This document shows, in pieces, positions 15,512 to 30,632 of a DNA stretch of 64,000 nucleotides; position 1 is the stretch's first letter, and every line of letters begins with the position of its first letter. The notes under the pieces were generated by a model. It ran no database searches. It saw only the letters and a program-made list of their open reading frames with translations, and had not been told where the DNA came from. The DNA comes from Octopus vulgaris (lineage: Eukaryota). Both the position numbers and the translations under genes were made by a program. The stretch covers positions 50,096,001-50,160,000 of the forward strand of contig OX597824.1 of the NCBI GenBank assembly GCA_951406725.2. Reading direction: 5' to 3'.

Positions 15512-16455
15512 ATTATATAAAAGGGCTTAGTAAAATAAATTACTTTGCCGCATACTGAACTCATTAGAAATAGCAGCTAAAAAACTTTTTTAAAGCTATT
15601 TCTAATACTTAAAGAAAATCTCTCTCATATAGTGTTTGCTTGACTCAACTCACAGAAGTTTGGGGGTAAGGACATCAAAAAATCAAATGCAAAGGTTATT
15701 TGAGAACGTACGTTTCAAGATTAGTCAAAACGACACTTCTATCATCAGCTCAGAAACTCCTTAGTTTGGATTTGAAAACACTGAAAGTAAGAACATACCC
15801 TTTCGAAGATCTGCTCGTAACTAACAGTGCCAACAAACTCAAATAAGCAAGCGAAGAATTTCTGTTCTCCCCTTTCCACCAGCGTGGGTTAAAATCATCA
15901 AACACTATGCTTATTTCGGTAAAATCCGAAGCATTAATTAGAGGGAGATTAATTATAATTTCAACAATTGAGGGTAAAATTAATTAATTATTAATCAATT
16001 TCACCAAGTGTTCAGTATGCAAAGGGACCATTCAAGGCGAATTCAAATTATTACATTATATAAAAGGGCTTAGTAAAATAAATTACTTTGCCGCATACTG
16101 AACTCATTAGAAATAGCAGCTAAAAAAAGATAGAAGTGTCGTTTTGACTAATCTTGAAACGTACGTTCTCAAATAACCTTTGCATTTGATTTTTTGATGT
16201 CCTTACCCCCAAACTTCTGTGAGTTGAGTCAAGCAAACACTATATGAGAGAGATTTTCTTTAAGTATTAGAAATAGCTTTAAAAAAGTTTTTTAGCTGCT
16301 ATTTCTAATGAGTTCAGTATGCGGCAAAGTAATTTATTTTACTAAGCCCTTTTATATAATGTAATAATTTGAATTCGCCTTGAATGGTCCCTTTGCATAC
16401 TGAACACTTGGTGAAATTGATTAATAATTAATTAATTTTACCCTCAATTGTTGAA

Positions 16456-16457
<2 letters not shown>
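15512..16457. mobile_element. HHR mini-element, family 1: 543-nt unit, head-to-head inverted arms in (TA)n
   Basis: 15512-15585 repeats at 16055-16128 (period 543); 16129-16457 is the reverse complement of part of the unit and crosses the unit junction. Confidence 0.9.
15701..15752 (-). ncRNA. Type I hammerhead ribozyme
   Basis: tgag-CTGATGA-tagaagtgtcgttttgactaatctt-GAAAC-gtac-GTT-ctca; palindromic loop 3; stem II imperfect. Confidence 0.75.
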
Positions 16458-16539
<82 letters not shown>

Positions 16540-16552
16540 GTATATATATATA

Positions 16553-16616
<64 letters not shown>

Positions 16617-17080
16617 ATTGAGATTCAGTTGAATTAGGTACTTAAATTGAGGCACCTTGTTAGGACGAATTTATTAGCAGACTCAAACAATGCTAGGTGA
16701 GGACCAAACTCTACATAGAATTTTTTTTATCCGATTTTCAGGCAGTGTATGCGGATGGCACGATCCATATATATGTATATGTATATATGTATGCACGTGT
16801 ATATGCGTATACAAAAAGCTTTAGTAAAATTCCGCTTTCAAAAATGTCCGAGCAAAGTATAGGTCAGTCCTAAGATATGGCATAATATCAGTTGCTGAAG
16901 GCTCCATGTAGTAGAATCGAAACCTAGACTACGTATTAGTTAGGTGAACTTTGTTATCACACACCTGTGCCTCAAGGTACATATATACAGACATACATAT
17001 ATATGTATATATATACATACATATATATATATATATGCATTTATGTTCATGTATATGTAAACATGCATACACATACATTT

Positions 17081-17131
<51 letters not shown>

Positions 17132-17515
17132 AGCACACATAGATATGTATATATACATACATAGAGATAGATTGGTAGACAGTTAGATAGATAAGTCTCT
17201 TTATTCCTCCACCCAACCATCTATAACAGGAAGTAACGCCCGTATTAAAGATTAAAGAAACATGGAGAGCTTGCTAAAAGCTTTGAATTAAATTCTTATA
17301 AAGATTGGTTACTGGCTGTATAGATAAGCATATTAAAAGTAAATAGTTTAATATTCTGGGTAATTGCACGGCGTGCATTACTAATACAGATGCTTGTATG
17401 TGCGTGCGTGCGAGTATATATATATATATATATGATCGTGTTTGTGTATGTATATATATATATATATATATATATTTGAGTGTGTATATACATATATATA
17501 TATATTTGTGTATAG

Positions 17516-17623
<108 letters not shown>

Positions 17624-18069
17624 GTGTGCATGCATATGCGTATGTATGTCTATGTGTGTGCGTGTTATATGTGTGTTTGAAATATCTTGCTTTTTGTTTA
17701 TGAGTTGTACGCTTCATTGAATTATGATATGTCTATGTATACATACATGTATATTTAAATGTGTATATGTATATATGTGTGTGCGTGTGCATATATATGG
17801 GCATGAATTTGTGACTGTACATACTTATGAACGTGTGCATGTGTACATAGAAAAACATAAAAATATGCACACATGTGCATATGCATATGCATATCCATAT
17901 ATACATACATATAGGCCTACATGTATGTATATATATATATATATAAATAAATATATATATATATATATATAGGCGTACAAATACAGATTTGTGGGCGCTC
18001 TTATACACACACGTACACACGCGCATACATACACACATACATACATACATACATACATACTTACAAACG

Positions 18070-18146
<77 letters not shown>

Positions 18147-18700
18147 GTCGATAGTTATTCATTATAATGTGTGTGTGTATATTTGTGTGTCCCTAGGTAA
18201 ATATCCATGTATGGGTGTGCCTTTCATATGAAAGAAAAAGTCCGTGTGCAACTGTTAAATTGTGTATATATGTATGTGTTCGTGTCTGTGATTGGATATG
18301 AGCGATTATTAAATTAAGTATGTACTTATTCACGTGAATGTGTAGTATACAGGGTATCTATGTAATGTATAGTACATATGCTTCTAACATGCCAGCATGA
18401 ATATATAAAGCAATTGATCAGACATATATTATACGGATATTAGCTGATTTAGATATTTGTATATATATGTGTGCATGTGTATATGTCTGTATTTGCGTAA
18501 GTGTGCATACGCGTGTGTGACTGTGTACGTGTAGCAATGGTTGGTTGAAATTTGTGGACTTCTGTGTACAAGTATGTGCTGACGATGATGTGAAGATAGC
18601 TGTTTGACTTTGGGAAATCGGTGTTTACCCGCTATGCTATATATTTGTAAATGTATTCAACTACAAATATAAGGGCGATATGCGTGCATGCGTTGATGTA

Positions 18701-18793
<93 letters not shown>

Positions 18794-18798
18794 GTCCG

Positions 18799-18847
<49 letters not shown>

Positions 18848-18864
18848 ATGCATACACACATATG

Positions 18865-19040
18865 AATATCGTCCTCTTCCGCCGAACCGCTAAGTTACAG
18901 GGGTATAAACAAGCCAACGCCGATTTTATATATATATGTATATACGATGGGCTTCTTTCAGATTCCGTCTACCAACTCTACTCACAAGGCTTTGGTCTGC
19001 TCGATGTTACAGTAGAAAGCACTTACCCAAGGTGCCACTT
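18865..19040 (-). mobile_element. Family A SINE fragment
   Basis: gggcttctttcagattccgtctaccaactctactcacaaggctttggtc. Confidence 0.7.
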
Positions 19041-19224
19041 CTTCAAGCTGCCACTAAGAACTAGTGTTGTGCTGAATCCCTGAAGCACAAACACACACAC
19101 ACTCACACACATACACACACACACATACACACACACAAACACACACATACATACACACACATATATATATATATATATGTATATATAAACGTATGCATGT
19201 GTATATGTATATATATATATATGT

Positions 19225-19301
<77 letters not shown>

Positions 19302-19917
19302 ATCTATCTATCAATATATATATATGAATGTGTGCCTCTGTGTGTGTGTGTGCAGGGGGTTAAAATTTCCCTTATAAATCATATTGAAAATATACAATAA
19401 CTTTAATACTTGTAATCCCCTTCAATAAATTGCAAGACAAATAGCGGATGTTGTTTTATATATAGACATATTAAATAATTTTACATTAAACTGAAACCTG
19501 TTTACGCCCTAGGAACCATTTAAGGGAAATGAGAAGTCTAGGTTTTTAATTATTACGCTGACCCAAAGGGACTGATTGTTAGATACAGTAATGAGAATCG
19601 GATAGAAGAATAATTAGAGAGGTCACAGTGTTGTAAGTGGATGAAAAATGATTTCAGATTACAAATAAACAGTATTTAGGATAGAACTTTAGTTCTAGAC
19701 AGGCTATAAATAGTTTAATGCTTAGTGAGATCATTTGGCACAAGATTGAAAGAAAGGTAAGTAAATATGAATAAAAATTTAATAGACTGTGTAAGACATA
19801 CATACACACACACACATTTTTACAAGGGTATACGGTCATCATTTTACCCACATACTGATTATGTTACATAAATATATATATATATATGATGAATGTGATG
19901 ATTATGCTCTGTGTGTT

Positions 19918-19963
<46 letters not shown>

Positions 19964-20467
19964 GAAAATGCACATAAATGTGAAAAACTTGTAATTGTTT
20001 TAAAATAAATTTATTTTACATATATACCAAATTAGTTTCAGCAATATTTTTTGTTTATCAATGGTAAAAATTCAGAATTATGAATTAGAAAAATATATTT
20101 ATCAAACCGGGCAAAATAATTCATAAACTCTCTATTGGAACACCAGGCTAACAAAATTAGATTAGTGAAGAACACCAAGTAATCTTTTGGTAGGATTCCA
20201 AGTTATGTTTCATCACAATTCAAACTTGTAAATCCGTGGATGGGCTCCCGATAAACTGGTTTTTACAGTGATATAAAAAAAACACGTTCAAAATAGTGGT
20301 CACAGCATATAATATATATACATATACATATACAAATATATATATATATATAACAAAAGAGGGTGTGTATTTCCACGCATGAAAAACTATAGGCAAATTT
20401 GTTGTTGAAAATGCACAATAAATTTGAAAAACTTGTAATTGTTTTTAAATGAATTTATTTACATATA

Positions 20468-20509
20468 TACCAGACTAGTTTCAACAATATTTTTTGTTTA
20501 TCAATGGTA
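20468..20509 (-). ncRNA. Degenerate type I HHR in the PLE 3' repeat (second, more decayed copy at 20025-20066)
   Basis: tacca-TTGATAA-acaa..ttgtt-GAAAC-ta-GTC-tggta; stems present, CUGAUGA mutated. Confidence 0.55.
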
Positions 20510-21279
20510 AAAATTTTGAAATATGAATTAGAAAAAATATGTTTAAAAGTTTCAATGTTGACAAGTTTAAATGTTCATAACAGTCAATAATATAAAAACT
20601 GTGGATCAACTTGTTTAAAAGTTCTAAATTGAATAGTGTTAGTAGTGGCCGACAAGAAATGAATATCATCAAAGTTTCAGCGATTCTGAGTTAAAAGGGA
20701 GAAAAACAAGGGAGAAACGAAGATACTAAAAAGGGGGATTTGGTTTACAGTTTCTGTAAAATTCTCTTTCCGTCGTGCACAGGAACTTTCGCTTGAAACG
20801 GTGTTTTTTGGAATCCGGTGTATTTATAACTTTTTCCGCGAACGGATCTGATTTTGTGATTCCTTAAAGTACTGTTGACGTCTCGTTTTTCTGGCGGTCA
20901 AGTTTGTCGCTCTGCCTGATTAGCTTCGCTGTGGTGAACGGTCATCAGACGTTCCAGCTGATTAATTGTCTTAAAGTGTAATTTTGTTGTATTTGCTGAA
21001 GTTCGGTTTTGATCGTAGGTAAAATTTCATTGATCTAGATTTAGGTGACGTCAGCAACTAGTGTTTGTAAAATTTCATTGGTCTAGAGTTAGGTGACGTC
21101 GGCAACTGGTGTTTTTTTAATGTTGTTATTGCATGGTGATTTGGAGTTGCAGTTTTGAAACCCAGGCAGAAGACTCTTACTGAAGTTTTTAAAAATTGTC
21201 TGCTGCACATGTTTTTTTTTTTGTGTTGAAATTGAGTCTCTTTTCCTTTTTCTCTTTAGTGTTTTTTCGTCTTTCTCAA

Positions 21280-23240
21280 GGATGTTTATATTTTTTAATC
21301 AGCATGTTTTCCTTATTTAAACGGAATTGTGATGAAGTGTTTCCGGTGCATTGATAGAGAGGGAAGATTTGGTATTTCGGGTTTATGCTTACGGGAGTTT
21401 TCCTGGTCATGGAGTCTCGGATATTTTTGCCTGTGCATCGTTAGTCCGTCCGTCAAGGTTAAACCAGTTTGACCTATGTAGTTTCCACCACGCCCTCTAC
21501 ATTTGAGAACATAGATTAAGTTCTTCGAAGGACAAGTGAAGTGATATTTTATGGTAAGAGTTTGACCTGTCTTAAATTTGTATGGTGAGCCCTCTAAGAA
21601 GAAGATGCAAGCTCCGCAGTTAGGGCGGTTGCACTTTTTGACTAGTGGGTTTGTATTTTTAGTGGGTAATTTGGCGCTGGTGAATAACTTCTTTTAGGGA
21701 TTGCGGTCGTCTCTTGCTTTTATTAATCTTCTGTGTTTCCAGTGCCTTTTTCATTCGCATGTCCTTCATAAGGAGTGGTATGTTTTGGTGGATGATGTAT
21801 GCTTCCATGTTCCACGGATTATTTGTTGATACGGAGGATAAAGTTTTAAGTGTGCCATGGTGTTTTCTCGTTATCCCTAACTCTTGGATGTCTATCGTTT
21901 TTGCATGTTCTATTCCATTTTTGATTAGACTGGCCGAGTATTTTCTATCTAGCATTGTGTTTTCTTAGTTCTTGGAGTCGCTTTCTCGGGTTTCGGGATT
22001 TGATGCAATCGTGCAAATTCTTCCTGCTAAGTTGAAAGTTATATTTATTTTAGTATGTTTTGGGTGGCAGCAAGAGAATAGAAGATGTTGTTTTGACTCC
22101 TCCTGTTTGAAGAAGATGTTGGTTTCAATCTCATTTTCTTTTTTGATGATTAAGATGTCCAAGAAGGGTAGTTGTTTGTGGCTGTATTCCCTTGTGAACT
22201 GGATACTCTGGTTAATGCTGTTGATTAAGATTTTAAATTTTGAGAGTTGTTTAAGGTTATGTGGCCACAGAATGAAACAGTTATCCAGGTAGCGTTTCCA
22301 GTTGGTGAGTAAGTATTTTTGCAAGTTGTCTCCTAATTTCAGTCTAGTGAGCTCGTATATTTGGACTTCCAAGTATGCCATGACAAGGTTGGCAAAAATA
22401 GGGGCTACACTCGTTTCCATCACCGTGCCCGTTTTTTGTCAGTAAGTGTTCTCGTTGAAGTTGAAGAAGTTGTTCTTTAGGATGAATTTTATTCCTTCAA
22501 CGATGAATTCTTTTCCGATTCGGTCAGGAATGTCATTTGGGAATTTTTCCTGCCAATATCGTATGGCTATTATTCCGTATTCGTGAGGAATCGAGGTGTA
22601 GAGGTTTATTACATCGAATGAAATTAGAAGGAAGTCCTTCCTGGTTTTGTTCGGGAGATGGTTTAAAAAGTCCAGATCATTCCTTATAAAGCGCAGTATA
22701 TGTAGGAGAATATGTTTAAGGAGGACAGCAATAAAGGTACTGAATCTGTGTGTCTCACACGAGGGACCATCCACACTTAGTCTCATTTTGAGATCTCTCG
22801 GGTGTGGAATATTTATGATTATAGAAGTTGATCTGTTATAGGCTTCGTTTATGGCTTCACTTTTTGGGATTTTAGGAAGTCCATAAAAGTTTCTGGTTTT
22901 GCCGTCAAATCTAGTAAAGTAATTTTTCTCCTTTTCCGTTAAACCTTGTTGGAGCTAATGGATAAGGGTAGAAAACTTAGTCATTATCTTGGATTGACTG
23001 TAGTTGTTGATTTTTTCGTAGTAGGTATTGACTTGAAGGAGAATTAGAGTAGTGTTTATGTATTGTTCTGAGTCCATGATTACTACAGCACTCCCTTTAT
23101 CGGTTTCTTTTATAATTATATTATGATCCTCCTTCAGACCATTAATGATTTCCCATTTTTCTCGACTTGTATTTGTTTTAAGCTTTCGAGATGGGAGTAA
23201 ATTGTAGGGATAATTATTGACCAAATCACAAAAGTTATCC
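21280..23240 (-). pseudogene. PLE reverse transcriptase / GIY-YIG endonuclease pseudogene
   Basis: DKGSAVVIMD, SFDVINLYTSIP, METSVAPIFANLVM, KRYLDN, LPFLDILI, HPKHTK; manual translation gives KCNRPNCGAC linker and NLIYVLKC..NYIGQT; many frameshifts. Confidence 0.93.
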
Positions 23241-23299
23241 AGAGTTTGATTTCTTCCTTTTGTCGAACAGGAGTTACTTTTATAATGAAGTATTATCCG

Positions 23300-23460
23300 A
23301 CCAATGCCTTACGAGTGGATTTGGTAGAGGGAAACTGAAAGAAGCCCGCTGTATACATGTATGCATGTATATATATGTGTGTGTATTTTCTGTATTTGTT
23401 TACCACCACCGCTTGGCAGCTGGTGTTGGTGTATTTGCATCCCTGTAAGCTAGTGTGCTT
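23300..23460 (+). mobile_element. Family A SINE fragment
   Basis: gagtggatttggtagagggaaactgaaagaagcccg. Confidence 0.7.
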
Positions 23461-24179
23461 AGCAGACCTATCTTTAGAGTCTGTGTATCACATGGCATCT
23501 TGGTATGTTCTTCATTCCTGACAACACAATGTTTCGCTTTCCTCCTTATCTTTGAAGGTAATTGAGTGTTTGCCTTACGGTGCATTGTGTTGTGACCATA
23601 AACAGAAAGAATCGATTGTACCTTGATGTTATGCACATATGGAGCCAAAATAATTTGAAAATATTTTGCTTTAAAGACATTTATGAGTTTTAAATATGGT
23701 CTTATTAAAAAAATAAACAAGAATGTCACAAAATGGCATCATGTGTGACAAAGTTGAAAACATGACCGGTTTTCAGAAAGAGAGAGGAATATATATATAT
23801 ATATATATATATACAGAGAGAGAGAGAGAGAGAGATAGAGAGAAAGAGAGAGAGAGAGAGGGAGAGAGAGATAGGGAGAGAAAAAAAGAGGTGGAAGAGA
23901 AAATCCTCTTCATTCTCACCACCAATAATTTCTCCCGACAGTTAAAAGACGTTTGCAGTAACTAAGCGACCTTTTTATATTGAAAGTGCTTAGCGATCTC
24001 TAAAACGTGTTAATTTACGTAAGGGAAACGAGCATGCAAATCTTTTTTCGTATTACATATTTGACTTACAACATTAACGTCTCGACAACCATTAACTTAT
24101 TCTGAAATCAATATTCTTGCTGAATGATTGATGGATACCTCGGGTCACAAAAAGAGAAGCATCTGACTGCTATGCATCT

Positions 24180-24362
24180 TGCCAATATGCTGGACGAAAA
24201 TCGCTGGGCAAAATGCTTAGCGGCATTTCGCTCGACTTTACTTTCTGAGTTCAAATTCCGCCGAGGCCAATTTCGTTTTTCATCCTTTCGGAGTTGATAA
24301 AATAAGTGCCAGTTAAGCACTGGGGTCGGAATTATTGGTCTTGTACCAGCATTTGAAACCAT
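24180..24362 (+). mobile_element. Family B SINE
   Basis: gggcaaaatgcttagcggcatttcg...tcatcctttcggagttgataaaataagtgccag. Confidence 0.8.
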
Positions 24363-24486
24363 ATGCAGGAGGGAAATAGCTACGTCTTTGGTTTCATTCT
24401 TAATTCCTAATTCATAACTAAATGCTGCAATATAACGATGGAGCAATGAAGATGACCTGAACGTGATTTATAAACCTGTTAGATAT

Positions 24487-24691
24487 CAGTTTCAAATTTT
24501 AGCACAAAATTTCGGGGACGGGAGTAAGTCGATTACATTTTCCAAGTAGTCAATTAACTGTTATTTTATCGACCTGAAATGATGAAAAGCAAATGCGACT
24601 TCGACCGAAATTGAACTCAGAACGTAAAGACCGATGAAATACCCCTATGCATTTCGCCCGGCCAGTTAACGATTCTTCCAGCATGCTGCCT
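24487..24691 (-). mobile_element. Family B SINE with 16-bp target-site duplication
   Basis: Reverse family B core; flanked by taaacctgttagatat and taaacctgctagatat. Confidence 0.8.
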
Positions 24692-25345
24692 TAAACCTGC
24701 TAGATATTGCAACCTCATCTTCCTCAAATTAGACATTACTGTCTTAAGGAAAGACTCGAGTGATAATTTACTCCTAGACACATAATGTCTGAGAAAATGA
24801 CGGGAGGTTCACAGCAAGAATGTCTGCTCATAGCTCAGCTCAATCGACGCTAACTAGAAACTAATCAACAATAATAATATCGACACGTCGCCAAAAACAA
24901 AATAATCACGAATCAACAACAGAAAGAAGCAACAGCAAAAAATAAAAGAGGATATTAACATAAATAACAAAAACAAGTAAAAAAAAATCACTACCATCGA
25001 CGCGGGAAAGAGTTCAAATGACGCACAAATCTTCCAAAAAGCAGGTGGTGAAAATAACACATGTTTTTTTTTATCTACTTATTGCTAATTTTTTGTAGTT
25101 CATTTGTTTTTCTTTTGGTTGATTTTGTTTAACGGCCATGTTTCTTTTTCTTTTATTTGTGCATCTTTGTGAGTAAGCTTTGCGAATGAGTGTGTGGGCG
25201 TGTGTGTATGTGTATGTGAGTGTTTGTGTGTGTGTGTGTGCATGTGTGTTTTTCTGAATGTGGGAGAGTGCAATTGTGTCTGTATTTCTAAGAATGTACG
25301 TGCGTGCGGATGTATGTATGTATGTATGTATGTATATATACATAC

Positions 25346-25408
<63 letters not shown>

Positions 25409-25454
25409 CATACATATATATATATATACATATATACATATATATAATATATAA

Positions 25455-25500
<46 letters not shown>

Positions 25501-25900
25501 CATACATGTATGTATGTATATAAATTCGATTTGATGTGTGATTGTGCAGCAATGAGTAAGCATGTTCGTGTATCTAAGACAATGCATGCATGTACATATG
25601 TATGCTTGAGAGTACATGTGTGCGTATAATTTTACATGTTTATGTACATGTGCACGTATGTATGTGCATGTGTGTGTATACGTTTTGGCAAGGCACCACC
25701 TGACTCAAATGTCAAAATGGTCGGTCTAATTAAATTTCTGTGAAGTCGATTTATTTCAAAACAAACAACCAAACAAGCAAGACAACAAATAACAAACACC
25801 CAATAGCGCTAACAACAACGATAACAACAATATCCATACCAATACCAACTTCAACAACAGCAACAACAGTAACGACATGTTAAAGTGTACAATTATTGGA

Positions 25901-25984
<84 letters not shown>

Positions 25985-26041
25985 CCTGAAGATTTCTCTT
26001 GAATGAAACAGTTCTAGTCCTGTAGAAGCTCCTTCTATATA

Positions 26042-26095
<54 letters not shown>

Positions 26096-26564
26096 CTAGT
26101 CGAATGATTTATTTTATTCTATTTTATTCTATCTAATCCCATCATGCAACATTTTGACTTTTCCTTATTATTTTTACCAACTTTGGCAACCATTTTATTT
26201 TGGCATTTCTATGCCTGTTTCTCTGTCTTTCTTTCACTCACTTCTCTTCTTTTCTTCATTTTTTGTCGTTTCTTTCTTTTTTCGTTCTTTTTCACTTTTT
26301 ACACGTTTATATTTTTTTAAAAATTATTATTTTCTTTCATTTTTCTACTATTTTTATACACTCTCACTCCTTCTCTCTCATTGCTTCCTTTAGTATTTTT
26401 TTGCATTCTATTTTATATTTTCGCCATTTTATTCTTCCCCTATTTCCAATTGTGTTTTTGTTTCAGATATATTATCCTTCATTTTACTACTATGCTTTCT
26501 CTTTTCATAAAATTCTCTTTTCCGTTTGTTATTTTTTATTGTTTCCTTTTTTCATTGTTTACCT

Positions 26565-26654
<90 letters not shown>

Positions 26655-26669
26655 CATCTATCTATCTTA

Positions 26670-26771
<102 letters not shown>

Positions 26772-27432
26772 GTCTATCTGTCTGTCTGTCTGTCTGTCTA
26801 TCTATGTATCTATCTATCTATCCATCTATCTATCTATTTAATCAACCTACACTCTTTCTTCAATTTTTCTTTTCTTATTTCCCCATTCTTTATCCCCACT
26901 TTCCGTACATTTATCATACTTTCTCTCCAACATACTCTTCCCTTCACGCTCTATGCCTCTTTCTCGTTTACATTTTTCTCTTCTTCTTTACGTTGTACTC
27001 TCTATAGCGAATTTCCTGTTTCCATTATTTCTCTATCAATGCTATAGCCTTACAAACATTTACACACACACACACATGCACACAAACACACACACTCACA
27101 CGCTGTCTCACTTTCTCAAGCCATATTTTATTTCCAAATTTCCTTCACCTTTCATACTTACTCTTTTCCTTCCTACTGTCAACTCCTTCTGTCATCTCTC
27201 TTCTCTCCCCACTCTCTCTCTCACCACTTTTCAACCATACACCTATCTCTTACTCATTCTTTCCTAATTTCACTTTCGATCTCACTTCATAATTCTCTGT
27301 CTCGGCAATGATGTTGTATCTTCCTCTGGCGGGTTTCCACTTCCCTTGCACTTTTACCATGCAATCTCTCTCTGTTTCCTTGTTTCGCTGTGTCTCTCAC
27401 CTCTCTTTCTCTATCACTGTATATATAAATAA

Positions 27433-27509
<77 letters not shown>

Positions 27510-27600
27510 TGTATGTATGTATGTATGTATGTATGTATGTATGTATGTATATCTATATGCTTATATTTATGTCAATATCCATATCTGTATCTCTATCTAT

Positions 27601-27664
<64 letters not shown>

Positions 27665-28254
27665 ATATTTATATACACATTTATGTAAATATATATATAT
27701 ATATACATATATACACGCTCATTCACACGCGCGCACACACACACGTATGTACGCATGGATTTGTACACACATATATCCTCTATTTATCAATATCTTGCCA
27801 TCTTGGTTGTCTCCTCCGTCAGTCTTTCCACCTTCTTTTACTAACCCACTCCCAAACCAAAAGTTCATTCTCCATAATTCCCAATTCTACAGCGATTAGA
27901 CACATACGTACACACATAGACATACACGCACTAAAATACACATACACACGCACAAATACAGTCTCTTCTTTCTTTTTTTCTTTCTTTCTTTCCTTCTCTC
28001 TCTCTCTCTCTTCCTCTCTCTTTACATGACTCCATCTTCATCATCTGACTTTATGTCTTTATTCAAAACTATAGTTAACCGTTACCAATTAGTGAAATCA
28101 CGACCTGCATTTTGGCGCCATCGGCAACATCATTGTTTTAAAAGCGAGTTGTTCTTGTGAAATTTGCAGCTACTGTTCTTGACGTTATTGTCTTTTTCAC
28201 ACATACATACAAACATGCATACACACACACATATATTTATGTACATATATATGA

Positions 28255-28298
<44 letters not shown>

Positions 28299-28694
28299 GT
28301 GTATATGTATGTATGTATGTATGTATATGTTTATATCTTAATATGCAGGCATAGACAGGCACAAACATGATGCGATGAACACGTGTATTTATGAATATAA
28401 ACAACGTAAATATGCACATGCGTATTACAGTGATATCATCTTCGTATGCACCTCAAGCATGAAGAAGTAATTCACCAAAACAAATAAAAATGATGTTGCA
28501 CTACTAAATATATGTAACAATAAATGCAAGAATACATATAAATATATATACATATATATACGTATGCACACACATATTTCATATATATACACACACACAT
28601 ATATATAAACACATTATATATATATATACATATATATAAATACATATATATATATATATATATGTGTGTATGTATGTGTATGTATCTGTATGTA

Positions 28695-28739
<45 letters not shown>

Positions 28740-28812
28740 CCAGGCGCTTGAAAACTGTAAACAAGAACAGGCATAAAAACTAAGATAAACTCAAAATAAA
28801 AAAACTGCATAA

Positions 28813-28853
<41 letters not shown>

Positions 28854-28863
28854 TATGTATGCG

Positions 28864-28895
<32 letters not shown>

Positions 28896-29147
28896 CAAAG
28901 AGGCAGGTAGGCATACTATACTTGCATGTGTTTGTGTGCATAAAAACTAGTTACAACATACAAACAAACAATTTAAAAGTATGATGCACAGCTAACAATT
29001 TCCAAACATTTTAAAAAGGAAGTAATTATTAGATATGCTACTTTCTTTTGTAACTTTATTTCCACCCTATGTATGTATGTATGTATATGTATATGTATGT
29101 ATGTATTTATGTATGCCTGTATGTATGCATGTATGTATGTATGTTGG

Positions 29148-29189
<42 letters not shown>

Positions 29190-29325
29190 TATATATATAA
29201 ACCTACACATACATGTATATGTACACACACATATATGTTCATATATATATTTATATATCAATATATATACAAATATATATATATATATATATATACATAT
29301 ATTTGTATATATATTGATATATAAA

Positions 29326-29366
<41 letters not shown>

Positions 29367-29887
29367 ATGTATCTGTGTTTGTATGTATACATATATATAT
29401 ATATGATATACACATTAAAAAATGTATATCATTTGTAAATTTTTACTGCCCTTATTTTTCTCTTTCGTTGTAAATCTTTCATGAAATTTTCTCAACTAAT
29501 TATTTTTCACCTCTTGACTTATTTATTACGCTACTCTTGTTTTTTGGTATTGTACTTATTTTTTGATTTTATTATTGGTGACATGTTGCTGTTGTTGTTG
29601 ACGTGATCATCGCCACCATCACCACCATCACAATCGCTACCACCACAACCACCACCAACATCGCCGCCACTACCAAAACCACCACCACCACCATCCTCTT
29701 CGTCCTCCTCCTCCTCATCATCATTATACATTTAATTTTATTTATAAAGAATCCCTGCCATTTTTCAATCTTAAAGTTGTATTATTTAATATTTACTTGT
29801 TTATATATCTTTTTTACTATACTTCTTTCATATGTATATATGCGTATATGCACACACACACACACACACACGGACACAGACACACAC

Positions 29888-29956
<69 letters not shown>

Positions 29957-30367
29957 GTTGTTGTTGTTGTTGTTGTTGTTATTATTATTATTATTTAAAA
30001 CAGTCTGATTCGGCTTCACGTGATTTAAAGTTGCGCAGGCTTCCAACAGAAACCTAGCTCGTACAGACTAAGATTATCGAATGGAGAAATAAGTGAAGTC
30101 CAAGATCACAACGGGAAAATGGGTAGATCACATGATGTTGTGAGAAGTGAGATCGGCATTTCAGCGACACTAGATGTATTAGAAAAAGAGAATTTCTTAA
30201 ACTGCGTGGCTGGACAGGAGGTTAGAGGTGCCTTAGTATCTGGTGGGCCTTCCAACAACAGCATGTGATCCGCTTTGAACAATAGCAGCCATTCTGCACG
30301 AGGAATCTTGAACCACCAGTAGACATCTTGGACTTCCTGCATTTCTTCATTCAATAATCTGATCCTG

Positions 30368-30398
<31 letters not shown>

Positions 30399-30559
30399 CA
30401 CACACACACCACACACACATACGCGCACACACATATACATATATATGCACAATATAAGTATTTATATAATATATAAATATATAATATACATATATATCTA
30501 TGTATGCATGTATGTGTGTATATATATATATATATGCATATCGATATATATATACATAT

Positions 30560-30624
<65 letters not shown>

Positions 30625-30632
30625 CATATATA

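Larger units (their letters stand above)
19962..23240 (-). mobile_element. 5'-truncated Penelope-like element (Neptune-like) with tandem 3' pseudo-LTR repeats
   Basis: RT and GIY-YIG remnants at ~21280-23240; 3' repeat ~20407-20545 duplicated at ~19964-20100 (period ~443), ending in (TA)n. Confidence 0.88.

Noticed and set aside
21021-21115. 48-nt tandem duplication (also a 30-nt duplication at 31692-31751)
   Set aside because: Two-copy local duplications inside TEs; no spacers, so not CRISPR-like
28108-28122. E2F-like site ttttggcgcc
   Set aside because: Single short motif with no associated gene evidence
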